Origin: Octopus sinensis
Taxonomy: Eukaryota
Reading direction: 5' to 3'
Length of the DNA stretch: 64,000 nucleotides
Assembly: GCF_006345805.1 (NCBI RefSeq)
Contig: NC_043023.1
Location: forward strand, 11,098,001 to 11,162,000
Part shown: one piece after another, positions 33,842-46,194 of the stretch
How positions within the stretch are numbered: position 1 is the stretch's first letter
How the letters are laid out: every line of letters starts with the position of its first letter
Notes under the pieces: generated by a model
Told to the model about the DNA's origin: nothing
Databases searched by the model: none
The model's input: only the letters and a program-made list of their open reading frames with translations
Translations under genes and position numbers: made by a program

Positions 33842-34404
33842 GGCGATCTTACGGTATAAGTACCGGTGTACTTCCGGAAGTACCGGATATCTCTTTTGCT
33901 CTTTTACTTGTTTCAGTCATTTGACTGCGGCCATGCTGGAGCACCGCCTTTAGTCGAGCAAATCGAACCCGGGACTTATTCTTTGTAAGCCCAGTACTTA
34001 TTCTATCGGTCTGTTTTGCCGAACCGCTAAGTGACGGCGACGTAAACACACCAGCATCGGTTGTCAAGCGATGCTAGGGGGACAAACACTGACACACACA
34101 CACACACATATACATATATACGACAGGCTTCTTTCAGTTTCCGTCTACCAAATCCACTCACAAGGCATTGGTCGGCCCGGGGCTATAGTAGAAGACACTT
34201 GCCCAAGGTGCCACGCAGTGGGACTGAACCCGGAACCATTTGGTTGGTAAACAAGCTACTTACCACACAGCCACTCCTTCAGAAATGTAAACAAAGTCAC
34301 GTGTGTACATATACCGAAGCATCGCCCTAACCCAAACCCTAACCCCCCATATATAAAAAAATCACTTTTTGAAATGTATCCGGTACTTATACCGTAAGAT
34401 CGCC
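33842..34404. mobile_element. MITE with GGCGATCTTACGG TIRs, perfect 8-bp TSD, SINE-1 inserted
   Basis: TSD CAAACTTG at 33834-33841 and 34405-34412. Confidence 0.8.
33895..34278 (-). mobile_element. SINE-1 full copy inside a MITE
   Basis: Family consensus, reverse complement. Confidence 0.85.
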
Positions 34405-34624
34405 CAAACTTGTCAAAATCTCAGGCATTCTTTCGATATAATCCGACAAAATCAAAACATTTCACTTCGAGTATTTCTGTAGAAGCAAATGACAGTTCAA
34501 TTCTGTTTTCTGCTTTATTTAAACAAATTACAGGGAAAGTTTACCACAGGGAATGTTCACCCCAGAGAAAGTTCACCGCCATCGATACAGTATGTGAAGA
34601 AAGTCTACTGAGAAAATATATCCA

Positions 34625-35438
34625 TAGGCGCAGGAGTGGCTGTGTGGTAAGTAGCTTGTTTACCAACCACATGGTTCCGGGCTCAGTCCCACTGCGTGGC
34701 ACCTTGGACAAGTGTCTTCTACTATAGCCTCGGGCTGACCAATGCCTTGTGAGTGGATTTGGTAGCCGGAAACTGAAAGAAGCCTGTCATATATATATGT
34801 ATATATATATATAGGTGCAGGAGTGGCTGTGTGGTAAGTAGCTTGTTTACCAACCACATAATTCCAGGTTCAGTCCTATTGCATGGCACCTTGAGCTTGT
34901 CTTTTGCTATAGCCTTGGGCCAACCAAAGCCTTGTGAGTAGATTGGTGGATGAAAACTGAAAGAAGCCCATCGTGTATATGGTAGTAGTAGGATTCATAG
35001 AAGAAGTTTCGTGGGAATATTGAATTCACAAGCGGTCCCCGACATCTCGCATGCATATCCCAAGTGACGGGACGCCCTGTTTGCTGTGGAGTCTCCACAG
35101 ACACAGGGACAGAACGACCTCGAAGCTGTCGGTTGCTGATCAGACGCCTCTTGGAATTTTCACCAGAGCCCCATTGGCCAGGCTGCAGCCCTAATACCGC
35201 TCAGTACCAGAACAATCCACCTTGGAACCGACCAGGAACTGAAGTTCCCAACAGCATAGCTCTGACACTGCCTGTTACACCACCCTACCGCTTTGAGGAG
35301 GGGTTGGACTTTAGGGCAGTGACCTCGCACAGGACCGTCGAGCGTGGGCCGCCATGGTTTGTGATGCCGTTAGGACCAGAGAAGAAGCCGGCTCAACCCG
35401 CCCTGGGTGTACGCCGTCACAAGTACAAGTATCATGTG

Positions 35439-35473
<35 letters not shown>

Positions 35474-35600
35474 CTGTCCCCCACCAGCACTTGACAACCA
35501 GTGTTGGTGTGCTTACATCCTCATGAATTAGCAGTCCAGCAAAAGAGACCCAATAAAATTAAGTGCCAAGCTTAGAAAAATGTACTAGGGTTGATTCATT
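34625..35600 (+). mobile_element. SINE-1 double head + family X + 3' half
   Basis: Heads 34625-34810 and 34814-34980; 3' half 35435-35600. Confidence 0.75.
34990..35432 (+). mobile_element. Unclassified repeat family X, colinear copy inserted in a SINE-1 microsatellite
   Basis: Ends CCGTCACAAGTACAAGTA; flanked by SINE-1 5' and 3' halves. Confidence 0.55.
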
Positions 35601-35679
35601 CAATCTGACCCATGCAAGTATGGAAAAATGTACATTAAAACAGTGATACTGATGATGGGAAATGTCTTATATTTTTGAC

Positions 35680-35836
35680 TGTTGAATCTCTACATTCTAA
35701 ATATCTTCTGTGTCTTATACCATTTCTCTATTATTCCAGAATATCAGAAAACATTGGGATAAAAGGAATTTCATATCAGAAGCATCATCTATGGTTATCA
35801 TATTTTAAAGACTGGAAAACTCTAAGATGTACTTTG
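35680..35836 (+). other. Conserved upstream acceptor/exon of ZNF-C (exon 35740-35836)
   Basis: ATTCCAG|AATATCAGA ... TTG|GTGAAA. A tandem copy at about 36030-36370 has AG>AA at the acceptor. Confidence 0.55.
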
Positions 35837-36444
35837 GTGAAATATTTCCTCAGAGAGAGCTTGTTAGCTTTGATTTCTTCAATTCATTGTCTGCAATGTG
35901 CACTACCTTATTTTTGCATTCTATATAAACTTGGGAAAATTTTACAAAGGAATTTGCTGCACCTTCTGTTATCGACAAAAATCGCAGTCAATGGAAATAT
36001 AACAGAAAAGATATTTGTCAGAAATAAACTGTAACTTCTCTATTATTCCAAATAATCAGAAGATTTTGGTGTTAAAGGAATTTTACATCAAAAGCATCAT
36101 CTATGTTTGTCCTATTTTAAAGACTGGAAAAATCTTGTACAAAACAGTTTTAACCCTGTGTATGATTCTGGGTTATATTATGATGAAATATTTCCTCTGA
36201 GAGAGCTTGTTACCTTTTTTTCACTTTAATTCATTGTCTGCAATATGTACAGCCTGATTTCACATTCTGTATAAACTTGGAAAAATCTTACAAAGAAATT
36301 TGCTGTGCCTTTTGTTATCAACAATTAATGGAAATATAACAGAAAAAATATCTGTTAGAAATTAACTAAAACAGCTAAAAAAGGAAGAAAAATATTTATG
36401 TATTGCATTGAGAAGAGAAAAAATTATGGAAAAATAGATTCTGT

Positions 36445-37677
36445 ATGAATTACATTGATTTCTTTCCTCTTGAAGAGATGCCAAAAGTTAAAGGAAAAAC
36501 TTCATACCATTGTGGTATCTGCAAAAAATCATTTTCTCATAAAGGTAGCTTAACCACACACAAATGTATTCACACAGGAGAGAAGCAATACCACTGTGAT
36601 ATCTGTGCTCAATCCTTTTCTAGTAGTAGCACTTTAACTTGTCACAGACGCACTCATACAGGAGAGAGGCCGTATGGTTGTGATATCTGTGGTAAATCAT
36701 TCTCTCGAAATTATCTTTTAACTACACACAAACGTATTCATACAGGAGAGAGACCATATCACTGTGATATCTGTGGTAAATCCTTCTCTCAGAATAACCA
36801 CTTGATTTCACACAAACGCAGTCATACAGGAGAGAAACCATTTCACTGTGATATCTGTGATAAATCGTTCTCTCGAAATCATCATTTGGCCGCTCACAAA
36901 CAGCTCCATACAGGTGAGAGACCATACCACTGCAATACCTGTGGTAAATCGTTCTCTCGAAGTCACAACCTGACCACACACAAACGCTGTCATACAGGAG
37001 AGAAGCCATATCACTGCGATGTCTGCGGCAAGTCATTCTCTGAAAGCAGCGTCTTGAATATTCACAAACGTATTCACACGAAGGAGAAACCCTATCATTG
37101 CGATATCTGTGGTAAATCATTCGCTCGGCATCACGTCGCGGCCGTGCACAAACGTATTCATACAGGCGAGAAACCATATCCGTGCAGTATCTGTGGCAAA
37201 TCATTTTCGTGCCTGAGCAGTTTAATCACACATAAACATGTTCACACAGGTGAAAAACCATATCAGTGTGATATCTGTGGTAAATCGTTCTCTCAGACCT
37301 GTTCCTTAACTATCCATAAACGTATTCACACGGGGGAGAAACCATATCAGTGTGATATCTGTGGTAAATCTTTCTCCTGTGTAGGCACCTTAAATACTCA
37401 CAAACGCATTCACACAGGTGAGAAGCCATATCACTGTGATATATGTGGCAAGTCATTCTCCCACGGAAATAGTTTAACTTATCACAAACATATTCATACT
37501 GGGGTGACACCGTACCTCTGTAATATCTGTGGAAAATCCTTTTCTAGTACATGCAATTTGACTACTCACAAACGCATTCATACGGGAGAGAAACCATATC
37601 ACTGTGATATATGTGGTAAATCATTCACTCAGAGTAGTAATTTAACTCAACACAAATGTACTCCTACTGAAATATAA
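36445..37677 (+). CDS. C2H2 zinc-finger protein ZNF-C (13 complete fingers + 1 lacking last His)
   Basis: 410-aa ORF of tandem fingers; ends QHKCTPTEI*. Confidence 0.93.
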   Translation: MNYIDFFPLEEMPKVKGKTSYHCGICKKSFSHKGSLTTHKCIHTGEKQYHCDICAQSFSSSSTLTCHRRTHTGERPYGCDICGKSFSRNYLLTTHKRIHTGERPYHCDICGKSFSQNNHLISHKRSHTGEKPFHCDICDKSFSRNHHLAAHKQLHTGERPYHCNTCGKSFSRSHNLTTHKRCHTGEKPYHCDVCGKSFSESSVLNIHKRIHTKEKPYHCDICGKSFARHHVAAVHKRIHTGEKPYPCSICGKSFSCLSSLITHKHVHTGEKPYQCDICGKSFSQTCSLTIHKRIHTGEKPYQCDICGKSFSCVGTLNTHKRIHTGEKPYHCDICGKSFSHGNSLTYHKHIHTGVTPYLCNICGKSFSSTCNLTTHKRIHTGEKPYHCDICGKSFTQSSNLTQHKCTPTEI

Positions 37678-37679
37678 CC

Positions 37680-38210
37680 TATTTCTTTACTACCCACAAG
37701 GGGCTAAACACAGAGAGGGCAAACAAACGGATTAAGTCGATTACATCAACCCCAGTGCGTAACTGGTACTTAATTTATCAACCCCGAAAGGATGAAGGGC
37801 AAAGTCAACCTCAGCGGAATTTGAACTCAGAATGTAGCGGCTAAACATAGAGGGGACAAACAAGCGGATTACGTCGATTATATCGACCCCAGTGCATAAC
37901 TGGTACTTAATTTATCAACCCCAAAAGGATGAAAGGCAAAGTCAACCTCGGCGGAATTTGAACTCAGAACGTAGCGGCTAACGAAATACCTATTTCTTTA
38001 CTACCCACAAGGGGCTAAACACAGAGAGGACAAACAAACGGATTACGTCGATTATATCGACCCCAGTGCGCAACTGGTACTTAATTTATCAACCCTGAAA
38101 GGATGAAAGGCAAAGTTGACCTTGCCGGAATTTGAACTCAGAACGTAACGGCAGACGAAATACAGCTAAGCATGTCGCCCGGCGTGCTAGCGGTTCTTTC
38201 AGCGCACCGC
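37680..38210 (-). mobile_element. SINE-2 trimer with a 13-bp TSD spanning the ZNF-C stop codon
   Basis: CTGAAATATAACC at 37667-37679 and 38211-38223. Confidence 0.88.
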
Positions 38211-38224
38211 CTGAAATATAACCA

Positions 38225-38445
38225 AAGCTCTGATGACACTGATCAGCACCATTATATGACTGGTATCCGTGCTAGCGGGATGCAAAGAGCACCATACAAG
38301 TGTGATCATTGACAGAGCGGCTTCCGTGCCAGTGGCACTTAAAAGGCACCACTCGAGCGTGATCGTTACCAGCATCGCACTACTGGCACTCAAGCCCCGT
38401 GCTAGTAGGGTATTAAGTGCACCATCTGAGCGTGATCGTTGCCAT
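38225..38445 (-). mobile_element. RTE-related retroposon internal fragment
   Basis: Repeated GTGCCAGTGGCAC/GAGCGTGATCGTT units related to the 16438 family. Confidence 0.5.
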
Positions 38446-38473
38446 TGAATTTTGTGAACATTTAATCATTTAA

Positions 38474-39202
38474 CCCTTTTGTTACTGTATTTATTTTGAG
38501 ATGTTCTGTGTTTCTTTCAATTACTTTAAATATAACAAGGAATTTAATAAAATAACTCAGTTATCATTAAGCTGGTGTTAGGAACATAAATTGTGACTAA
38601 GGTTTGGTGGAAGACTTTAATTCAAAACTTAATGAAAACAAGACACTTGTACTACAGAGCCAGAGGTGGTTTCAGCCGGATTTGTTTCAAAAAGGTTAAG
38701 AATTGTTTCTCTATTATATATTTTTAAGCCTTTTGTTACCATATTTCTGTTGAGATGCTGTGTGTTTCTTTCAATTAATTTCAAATATAACAAAGAATTT
38801 AGTAAAATAACTTAGTTATCATTAAGCTAGTGTTAGGAACATAAATTGTGACTAAGGTTTGGTGGAAGATTTTAATTCAAAACTTGATGAAAACAAGTCA
38901 CTTGTACTACAGAGCCAGAGCCGGTTTCAGCCGGGTTGGTAACGAAAGGGTTAAGAATTGTTTCTCTATTATATATTTGAACCCTTTTGTTACCATATTT
39001 CTATTGAGATGCTGTGTGTTTCTTTCAATTAATTTTAAATATAACAAAGAATTTAGTAAAATAACTTAGTTATCATTAAGCTAGTGTTAGGAACATAAAT
39101 TGAGACTAAGGTTTGGTGGAAGATTTTAATTCAAAACTTATGAAAACAAGACATTTGTACACAGAGTCAGAGGCAGTTTCAGCTGGGTTGGTAACGAAAG
39201 GG
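38474..39202 (-). mobile_element. piggyBac-type MITE tandem trimer
   Basis: Three units of the 9573 family in opposite orientation, with the same spacer sequence. Confidence 0.85.
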
Positions 39203-39206
39203 TTAA

Positions 39207-41358
39207 ATGCTGGCAGCTGGTCCATCAGAAGTGACTGTGGAAATGATGACTGCAAGTGGAGATATAGGGATTGTTGTGATGATGGAGCTCTGCCAGGGCA
39301 GGCTGGATGGAAGAGGGATACCAGATGATTGGGCACCAAGTGTTGTGGTACCGATCTTCAAGGGAAAGAGGATGTGATGAGTTGTGGGGTGTATAGGGGA
39401 GTGAAGCTATTGGAGCATGCAATAAAGATAGCGGAAAGGGTGTTGGAGAGGAGAATTCGGAAGGGGGTGGATGTAGATGAGATGCAACTTGGTTTTATGC
39501 CAGGAAGGGGGTCAATAGATGCAGTGTTCATTGTAAGGAGATGCAAAAGGAATACCAAGATCTGGAAAAAGTATTTGATAGGGTTCCGAGGAAGGTGATT
39601 GGGTGGGCATTGAGGAAGAGAGGTTTTCTAGAGGTAATAGCGAGGGCAGTGATGAGTCTGTATGAGGGGGTAAAGACAAGAATTAGAATTGGATCAGAGC
39701 TGTTGGAGGGGCTTTCGGTGAAAGTTGGTATGCATCAGGGATCTGTGTTGCCACCAGTGTTTGTAATAGTGGTTGATGTGGTGATGGAGAGTGCAAGGGA
39801 GGGATTGATAATAGGGATACTGTATGCGGATGACCTTGTTCTGATGAGTGAGACAATGGAGGGAAGGAGGCGTTTGAAGGTAAACCTCAGGAAGACAAAG
39901 GTGATGGTGAGCAGAGTGGAAGGAGATGCGTTAGTGAGTAAGGTAGATCCAGGTGGTGTATGTAGGAGGGGGGTAGTGGCAAATGCGGTGTTGTGTACGA
40001 GATGTGAGAAATGGATTCATGGTAGGTGTACGGAAATGAAGGTGACCCCAAGACTGGCAAGAGAGTTTGCTTGTGTTGGACTTCTCAGTCCAAAGAAATT
40101 GTAAAATATTGTAAATTGTAATAGGGTTATTACCTCAAGATGTGTCTTATTAAAAGAACAATGTTAAAGACGCAGGAGTGGCTGTGTCGTAAGTAGCTTG
40201 CTAACCAACCGCATGGTTCCGGGTTCAGTCCCACTGCGTGGCATCTTGGGCAAGTGTCTTCTACTATAGCCCCTGGCCGACCAATGCCTTGTGAGTGGAT
40301 TTGGTGGATGGAAACTGAAAGAAGCCTGTCGTATATATATGTATGTGTTTGTGTGTCTGTGTTTGTCCCCCTAGCATTGCTTGACAACCGATGCTGGTGT
40401 GTTTATGTCCCCGTCACTTAGCGGTTCGGCAAAAGAGACCGATAGAATAAGTACTAGGCATACAAAAAGAATAAGTCCTGGGGTCGATTTGTTCGACTAA
40501 AGGCGGTGCTCCAGCATGGCCGCAGTCAAATGACTGAAACAAGTAAAAGAGTATAGAGAAGCAGAGGGTCGGCGGGCACTTTCTGTCTTCTCCCATCCTT
40601 ATCATCCTGTATTATTATCATTCGCCTCATCAATGTCTTGTCCAGCCTGCAAAGCTACTCGTTTCTGTACTGCCTCTATAGCAAATGAAATGAATAAAAG
40701 AGAGTGTGCTTGTGGAAGATGTGAGAAAGGAGCTGAAGGGCTGGTGGAAACTGTATGTGATGAGGTGGAAACGGTGAGGGGGTTTTGTTATTTGAGAGAT
40801 AGGGTGGATGTGAAGTAGCTGTGACAGCAAGAGCGTGACTTGGCTGGGTGAAGTTCAGGGAATGTGGAGCATTGTTATATGGGAAAAGGTTCTCATTGAA
40901 GATGAAAGGAAAAGTCTATAGGATTTGCATGAGAGCTGCAATGCTGTATGGGAGTGAGACATGGTGTCTGAGGGAGATGGCAGTTTTGAGAAGGGTTGAG
41001 AGAGCAATGGTGAGTGAAATGTGTGGTGTGAAGCTGTTTGATAAGAGGAGGACTGAGGACTTGATAATGGATGCTGGGGTTGAAGGAATCAGGGGAATGG
41101 CTGGCAAGGGTGAATGGAATGCAGTGGTATGGGCATGTGTTGAGGAGGGTGCTTACGTTTGAGGTAAATGGAGTGTGAAAGCGAGGTAGACCAAGGAAAA
41201 CGTGGAGGAGGAGATTGGGTGGGTTGGCTTGAGAAGGGAGGACACCCCAAACTGGGCAAGATGGTGTGAGGGCAGTTGCTATGGCATTGAGGTAGATCAA
41301 ACTACCCCCATTAATGGGGACAAAACCCGGATTTAAAACATTCAATAATGATGATGAT
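39207..41358 (+). mobile_element. Degenerate RTE-clade LINE (5'-truncated), interrupted by a SINE at 40169-40555
   Basis: PIFKGK.D..SC..YRGVKLLEH, DLEKVFDRVPR, HQGSVL, LYADDL and KVNLRKTK motifs, Cys-rich insert, (AAT/GAT)n tail. Confidence 0.88.
40169..40555 (+). mobile_element. SINE-1 full copy inside the RTE LINE
   Basis: Family consensus. Confidence 0.85.
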
Positions 41359-41584
41359 CCACATTTTTTATAGTCTTCACCGATCATTTTTGATATTGGA
41401 TTTTGTGAACATTTAATCTTTTAAACATGTTTTCTATTTAGCAATCTAAAATTTTTAAAATCCTATATGTTTATACCATTGATAAACAAAATGTTGTTGA
41501 AATTAATTTGGTATGTATGTAAATAAATTCATTTAAAAATTATCAGTTTTTCAAAGTCAGATGCATTTTCAACAACAAATTCTA

Positions 41585-42368
41585 TCTATATACTAATAAA
41601 AGTGAATTTCAATCTTGCTTGCTTGCAATGTTACACAGCCAGACTGATACATAATGGAAAAATACTATGAATTAAGTTGCCCTTGAAATGTTAATATGAA
41701 CGGAATAAAACAAGTTTCATGTAAATTGAACCTGAAAGGGAAGAAACTTTAACCTTTCAATTAGACAGTGGCTTGACGACAAAAAAATACGATGTTTTTT
41801 TTACAGTAAATGTATATTTTTGCATTTGTTAAACAATATTTTAATCATTTAGAAATGTTTTCAAGTGAATGTGACTTCAGAAAATGTAAGTTGTTTGTAC
41901 AGTAAATATTTATATTTTAGCTTTCTTCAAACAGACAATATTTTAATGTTTTTTAAAATTATTTTCAAGTGTATATCATTACAAAAATATTTTAAGGTGA
42001 AAATGTCTTTAAGAATACAGTAAATATTTCATAAAAGACCCGTTCATAACCTGTGTGAAATAATTTTTTTTTTGAGTGCATTCAACATATCTCACCTTCA
42101 AAGATTTGGCTATTTCTAGTATGTCCTGCTACCTCATAATAGCCATTTGCAATAAAGGACCTGAAATAGCTGTTACATGGTAGCAGAGCATGCAAGAAAT
42201 AGCAGCCAGATCTTTCCTTTTCTGGGGAAAGGAGCCGTTTACACATGATTTCTATGTCACATTCGCTGAAAGCATGTGAAATAATCTGGAAAAGAAAAAA
42301 ACTCACAAAACAAAACTCCTTTGCTGGGAAACTCAGACTTTCCTGTTGACCCAACGGGTCACGGGTAG
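41585..42368 (+). mobile_element. Probable older non-autonomous Helitron
   Basis: TCTATATACTAATAAAAG start; CCCAACGGG subterminal hairpin; GTAG|T end. Confidence 0.45.
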
Positions 42369-43084
42369 TTTAATATATTTTTATATGCCCTACCATGACT
42401 ACAGCTTTAACGCTGAAACAACTTAAAGAATTAAAATTCAACAGGCTTCATTCAGTTTGTCTCGCAAAGGTTTGGTCAGCCTGAGGCTATAGCAGAAGAC
42501 ATTTGTCCAAGGTGTCATGCAGTGGGACTGAGCCCAGAACGATATGGTTGAGAAGCAAGTTTCTTACCACAGCCACGCCTGCGCCTATATAATATCTCTT
42601 GTATAAAATCCGTTCTGTCTGTCTGTGTGTCTTCTAGGATCTCGGGCATCCTCCATCCGATTGCACTCAAGTTTGATTTGTAGATACCGATGGTATCAGG
42701 GCGTGTATAAGTCTTGCAGAAATTACAAAACTCGATTCCAGGTGAGAATGTGATTGATAAAGCCGTTTTTGTCCTGCTTTTCTTCCGTCAACCTGTACAT
42801 AACTGCACCTTCCATTTTTTGTTGTTTTTGTACTGCTTAAAGGCACGTTTCTTTCCTGCCAAGCTTACCGTTTAAACCATGTTTGTGTTCTCCCAGTCAA
42901 CAGCCTTATAATTACTGGTACTTTAAACTCTTGGGTTGCATATTTGTGTGAATAAAATCGTTTTTCTTTGGAATAGGAAAAAAGTCTATCTTTATTTCTT
43001 CTTTTGCTGGTGTCTCAAATTTAAGTTAAATCAGTGTTTCTCAAAGGGGAGGCCTATGGAGCGGTCGGACAAGTTGTCTTGAGA

Positions 43085-43640
43085 AAATTTGGTTTAAATG
43101 TTTGACAACTCAGCACCATCCATTGGACAGGGGAGGGGGGCGTTTTGGTTGTATGTATATATGCATGTATAACAACTGTTGGGAGGTGGTTGCAGATTTA
43201 CCAGGGTGCCAAGGATTCTTCCTTGTTCCAGTTAAAAAGTCAGACATTATCATACGGTGTGAAAGAAAGAAAGAAAATCTTATTGAATTAACAATTCCTT
43301 GTGAAGATAATATGCATGCCACTCACACTTGAGTGACCATTATAAAAACCTTGACGAATGTGATGCTGCTGGCTGGAAAGCATTTTCCAATCAAAGTTAG
43401 ATGTAGAGGTTTCATTAGACACATTGTGAGGTCGCTAGACCCACATTGCAGTTGCTAGGCCCAGCTCAAAGCAAATACCATCATGAGTGATACCCAGACT
43501 ACAGTGGAGGAGGCAAGCCACTGAATTGGGTAAAAATGAGCAATGGCTAGAAGAATACTGAGTGAAACCTGATGACCTGTTGATCTAGCAAGCGAGGCCT
43601 CATTTCATTGAGGGATGCTGTCAAAAGAGAGCCCTGAAGT
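43085..43640 (+). mobile_element. HERO-like non-LTR retrotransposon 3' relic (RLE domain)
   Basis: SDIII..LIELTIPCEDNM, then GWKA.(fs)PIKVRCRGF and EEASH*IW.K-like motifs. Confidence 0.6.
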
Positions 43641-43759
43641 GGCTCACATTCTATCTTGACCACATAAGCTTGCTAGTATCCAGTATGTGGAGCTTTCAAC
43701 TGGTAATTGAAAAAAAGTTTGGGAAAAATCATATATATCATCATCTTTTTTTTAAATTC

Positions 43760-44110
43760 TTTTTTGCACACAAGGGGCTACACACAGAGGAAACAAACAA
43801 TTACAGACAAAGGGACTAAGTCGATTACATCAACCCCGAAAGAATGAAAGGCAAAGTCGACCTCAGCGGAATTTGAACTCAGAACGTAACGACAGACGAA
43901 ATACCTATTTCTTTATTACTCACAAGGGGCTAAACATAGAGAGGACAAACAAACGGATTAAGTCGATTACATCGACCCCAGTGCGTAACTGATACTTATT
44001 TTATCGACCCTGAAAGGATGAAAGGCAAAGTCGACCTCGGCCGAATTTGAACTCAGAACGTAGTGGCAGACGAAATACCACAAAGCATTTCGCCTGGCAT
44101 GCTAACGATT
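43760..44110 (-). mobile_element. SINE-2 dimer
   Basis: Family consensus, reverse complement. Confidence 0.8.
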
Positions 44111-44111
44111 C

Positions 44112-44250
44112 TTGATTGATTAATGTGCACCTTCCATGCTGGCATGGATAAGATGGTTGATTGGAGCCTGCCAGCAGAAGGTTGCACCAGACCCCTTTGT
44201 TTGTTTTGGCATGGTTTTTATAGCTGGATGTCCTTCCTAATGCCAACAGA
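44112..44250 (-). mobile_element. RTE-related retroposon fragment
   Basis: CCTTCCATGCTGGCATGG...GCTGGATGTCCTTCCTAATGCCAAC. Confidence 0.6.
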
Positions 44251-44337
44251 GGTGGTTTTCTATGTTTGGGGACTTTTTTACAAGAGACAGTTGTAACTCT
44301 CCTAGATTATTTTAATGTTAGTATAACATTACTATGT

Positions 44338-44750
44338 GGAGGTGCGTGGCTTAGTGGTTAGGGTGTCAGCACCATGGACGCAAGATTGTGGTTTCGATTC
44401 CTGGACAAGGTGACGCGTTGTGTTCTTGAGCAAAACATTTCATTTAACATTTCTACAGTCTGCTCAGCTGGCAAAAATGAGTAACGCTGCGATGGACTGG
44501 CGTCCTGTCCAGCTGGGGAACACATATGCCATAGAAACTGGGAAACTGGGCCCATGAGCCTGGGTAGGCTTTAAAAGGGCGCAAGTGGAAGCACGTGGTT
44601 TGGTGGTTAGGGTGTCAGCAACATGATCGTAAGATTGTGGTTTCGATTCCCGGACCGGGCGACGCGTTGTGTTCTTGAGCAAAATACTTCATTTCACATT
44701 GCACCAGTCCACTCAGCTGGCAAAAATGAGTAACGCTGCGATGGACTGGC
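44338..44750 (+). mobile_element. SINE-3-type tandem copies
   Basis: Two tRNA-like heads at 44338 and about 44587. Confidence 0.75.
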
Positions 44751-45316
44751 ATCATTTTGAAGACATTAGTGGTTGTGATGTTGGACGCCTGATCGTAAGG
44801 CAGAAGACAAGCTCAAGGTGCCATGCAATAGGACCGAACCTGGAATTATGTGGTTCGGTAGCAAGCTTTTAATCACACAGACACAACAGAATATGCTTCA
44901 ACAAACGAACTCATATAAAGAATCTTGCAAACCAAATCCAAAAACGAAATTTATTCATTAAAACTTATTAAGACTACTCACAACTCTTGTTGTAAAGTCA
45001 TGTTTTTGTTTTGTGATGAGCAATTATCACACAGAAAATATCAGCTTCCAAATCTTGTTTTCTGATTGGGCAAAAATGGAATAAGCGTATTACAAATTCA
45101 GATTCAGTGTGAAAAATTACATCAATATACCAAATTTGAAAATTTTCACTTCATTTCAAAATCTGTGACAGCAACAGAAAAGATCTAAAATGTGTGGGAT
45201 TAAATACACAGAACATGAAAATTTTGAAGGAAAGGATTTTATTTAAAATATCAATTTTATATCAACAATACAGACATAGTTATATATATATATATGAAGC
45301 ATTAGCTTATATTGGT

Positions 45317-45630
45317 GGAGGTGCAATGGCCCAGTGGTTAGGGCAGCGGACTCGAGGTCGGAGGATCACGGTTTCGATTCTCAGACTGGGCGTTGTGTGT
45401 ATTTATTGAGCGAAAATACCTAAAGCTCCACAAGGCTCCATCCAGCAAGGGGCGGTGGCGACCCGTTGTACTCTTTTGCCCCAACTTTCTCTCACTCTTT
45501 CTTCCTGTTTCTTGAGTAACACTGTGATGGACTGGTGTCCCATCCAGCTGAGGGGAACACATACGCCACAGAAACCGGGCCCATGAACCTGGCTAGGCTT
45601 GAAAAGGGCGCATAAATAAAATAAAATAAA
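45317..45630 (+). mobile_element. SINE-3 full copy
   Basis: GGAGGTGCAATGGCCCAGTGGTTAGGGC head; (AAAAT)n tail. Confidence 0.8.
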
Positions 45631-46194
45631 AGTGAAATTTTAAGACTTCATTTTTTTTTATGGGCATATATGGGTTAAGCCTTTAATGTTTAAACCGGCT
45701 GTATACAGCCCAAATATTCTACGCCAACCACTCCGAGAGTGTAGGGGGTGCTTTTACGTGCCACCGGCACGAGGGCCAGTCAGGCGGTACTGGCAACAGC
45801 CACGCTCAAAAGGTGTTTTTTACGTGTCACCTGCAGAGGAGCCAGTTTAGCAGAACTGGCAACGACCTGAATGCTAAAAGGTTAATGTAGTTCTCAGGGA
45901 GATTTAGTGTGACACAGAATGTGATAAGACTGGCCCCGTGAATTACAACAGGGGTCGCCACCAGCCCCTGCTGGAGCCCCATTGAGCTTTAGGTGTTTTC
46001 GCTCAATAAACACACACAATGCCCAGATTGGGAATCGAAACCGCGATCCTCCGACCGCGATTCCGCTGCCCTAACCACTGCGCCTCCACACAAAATTAGC
46101 TATGGGTGTCGACTACCAACTGAACATTTCGTAAGTTCAGTCAGATGCTCCCCAGCAAGTTCATGTCTAAACAAGTAGGAGCAGGTTTTACGCA

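Noticed and set aside
35675-36200. 119-aa and 61-aa ORFs upstream of ZNF-C as a possible effector domain
   Set aside because: TTG start or short length, reading through intron-like polypyrimidine tracts, with no recognisable domain.
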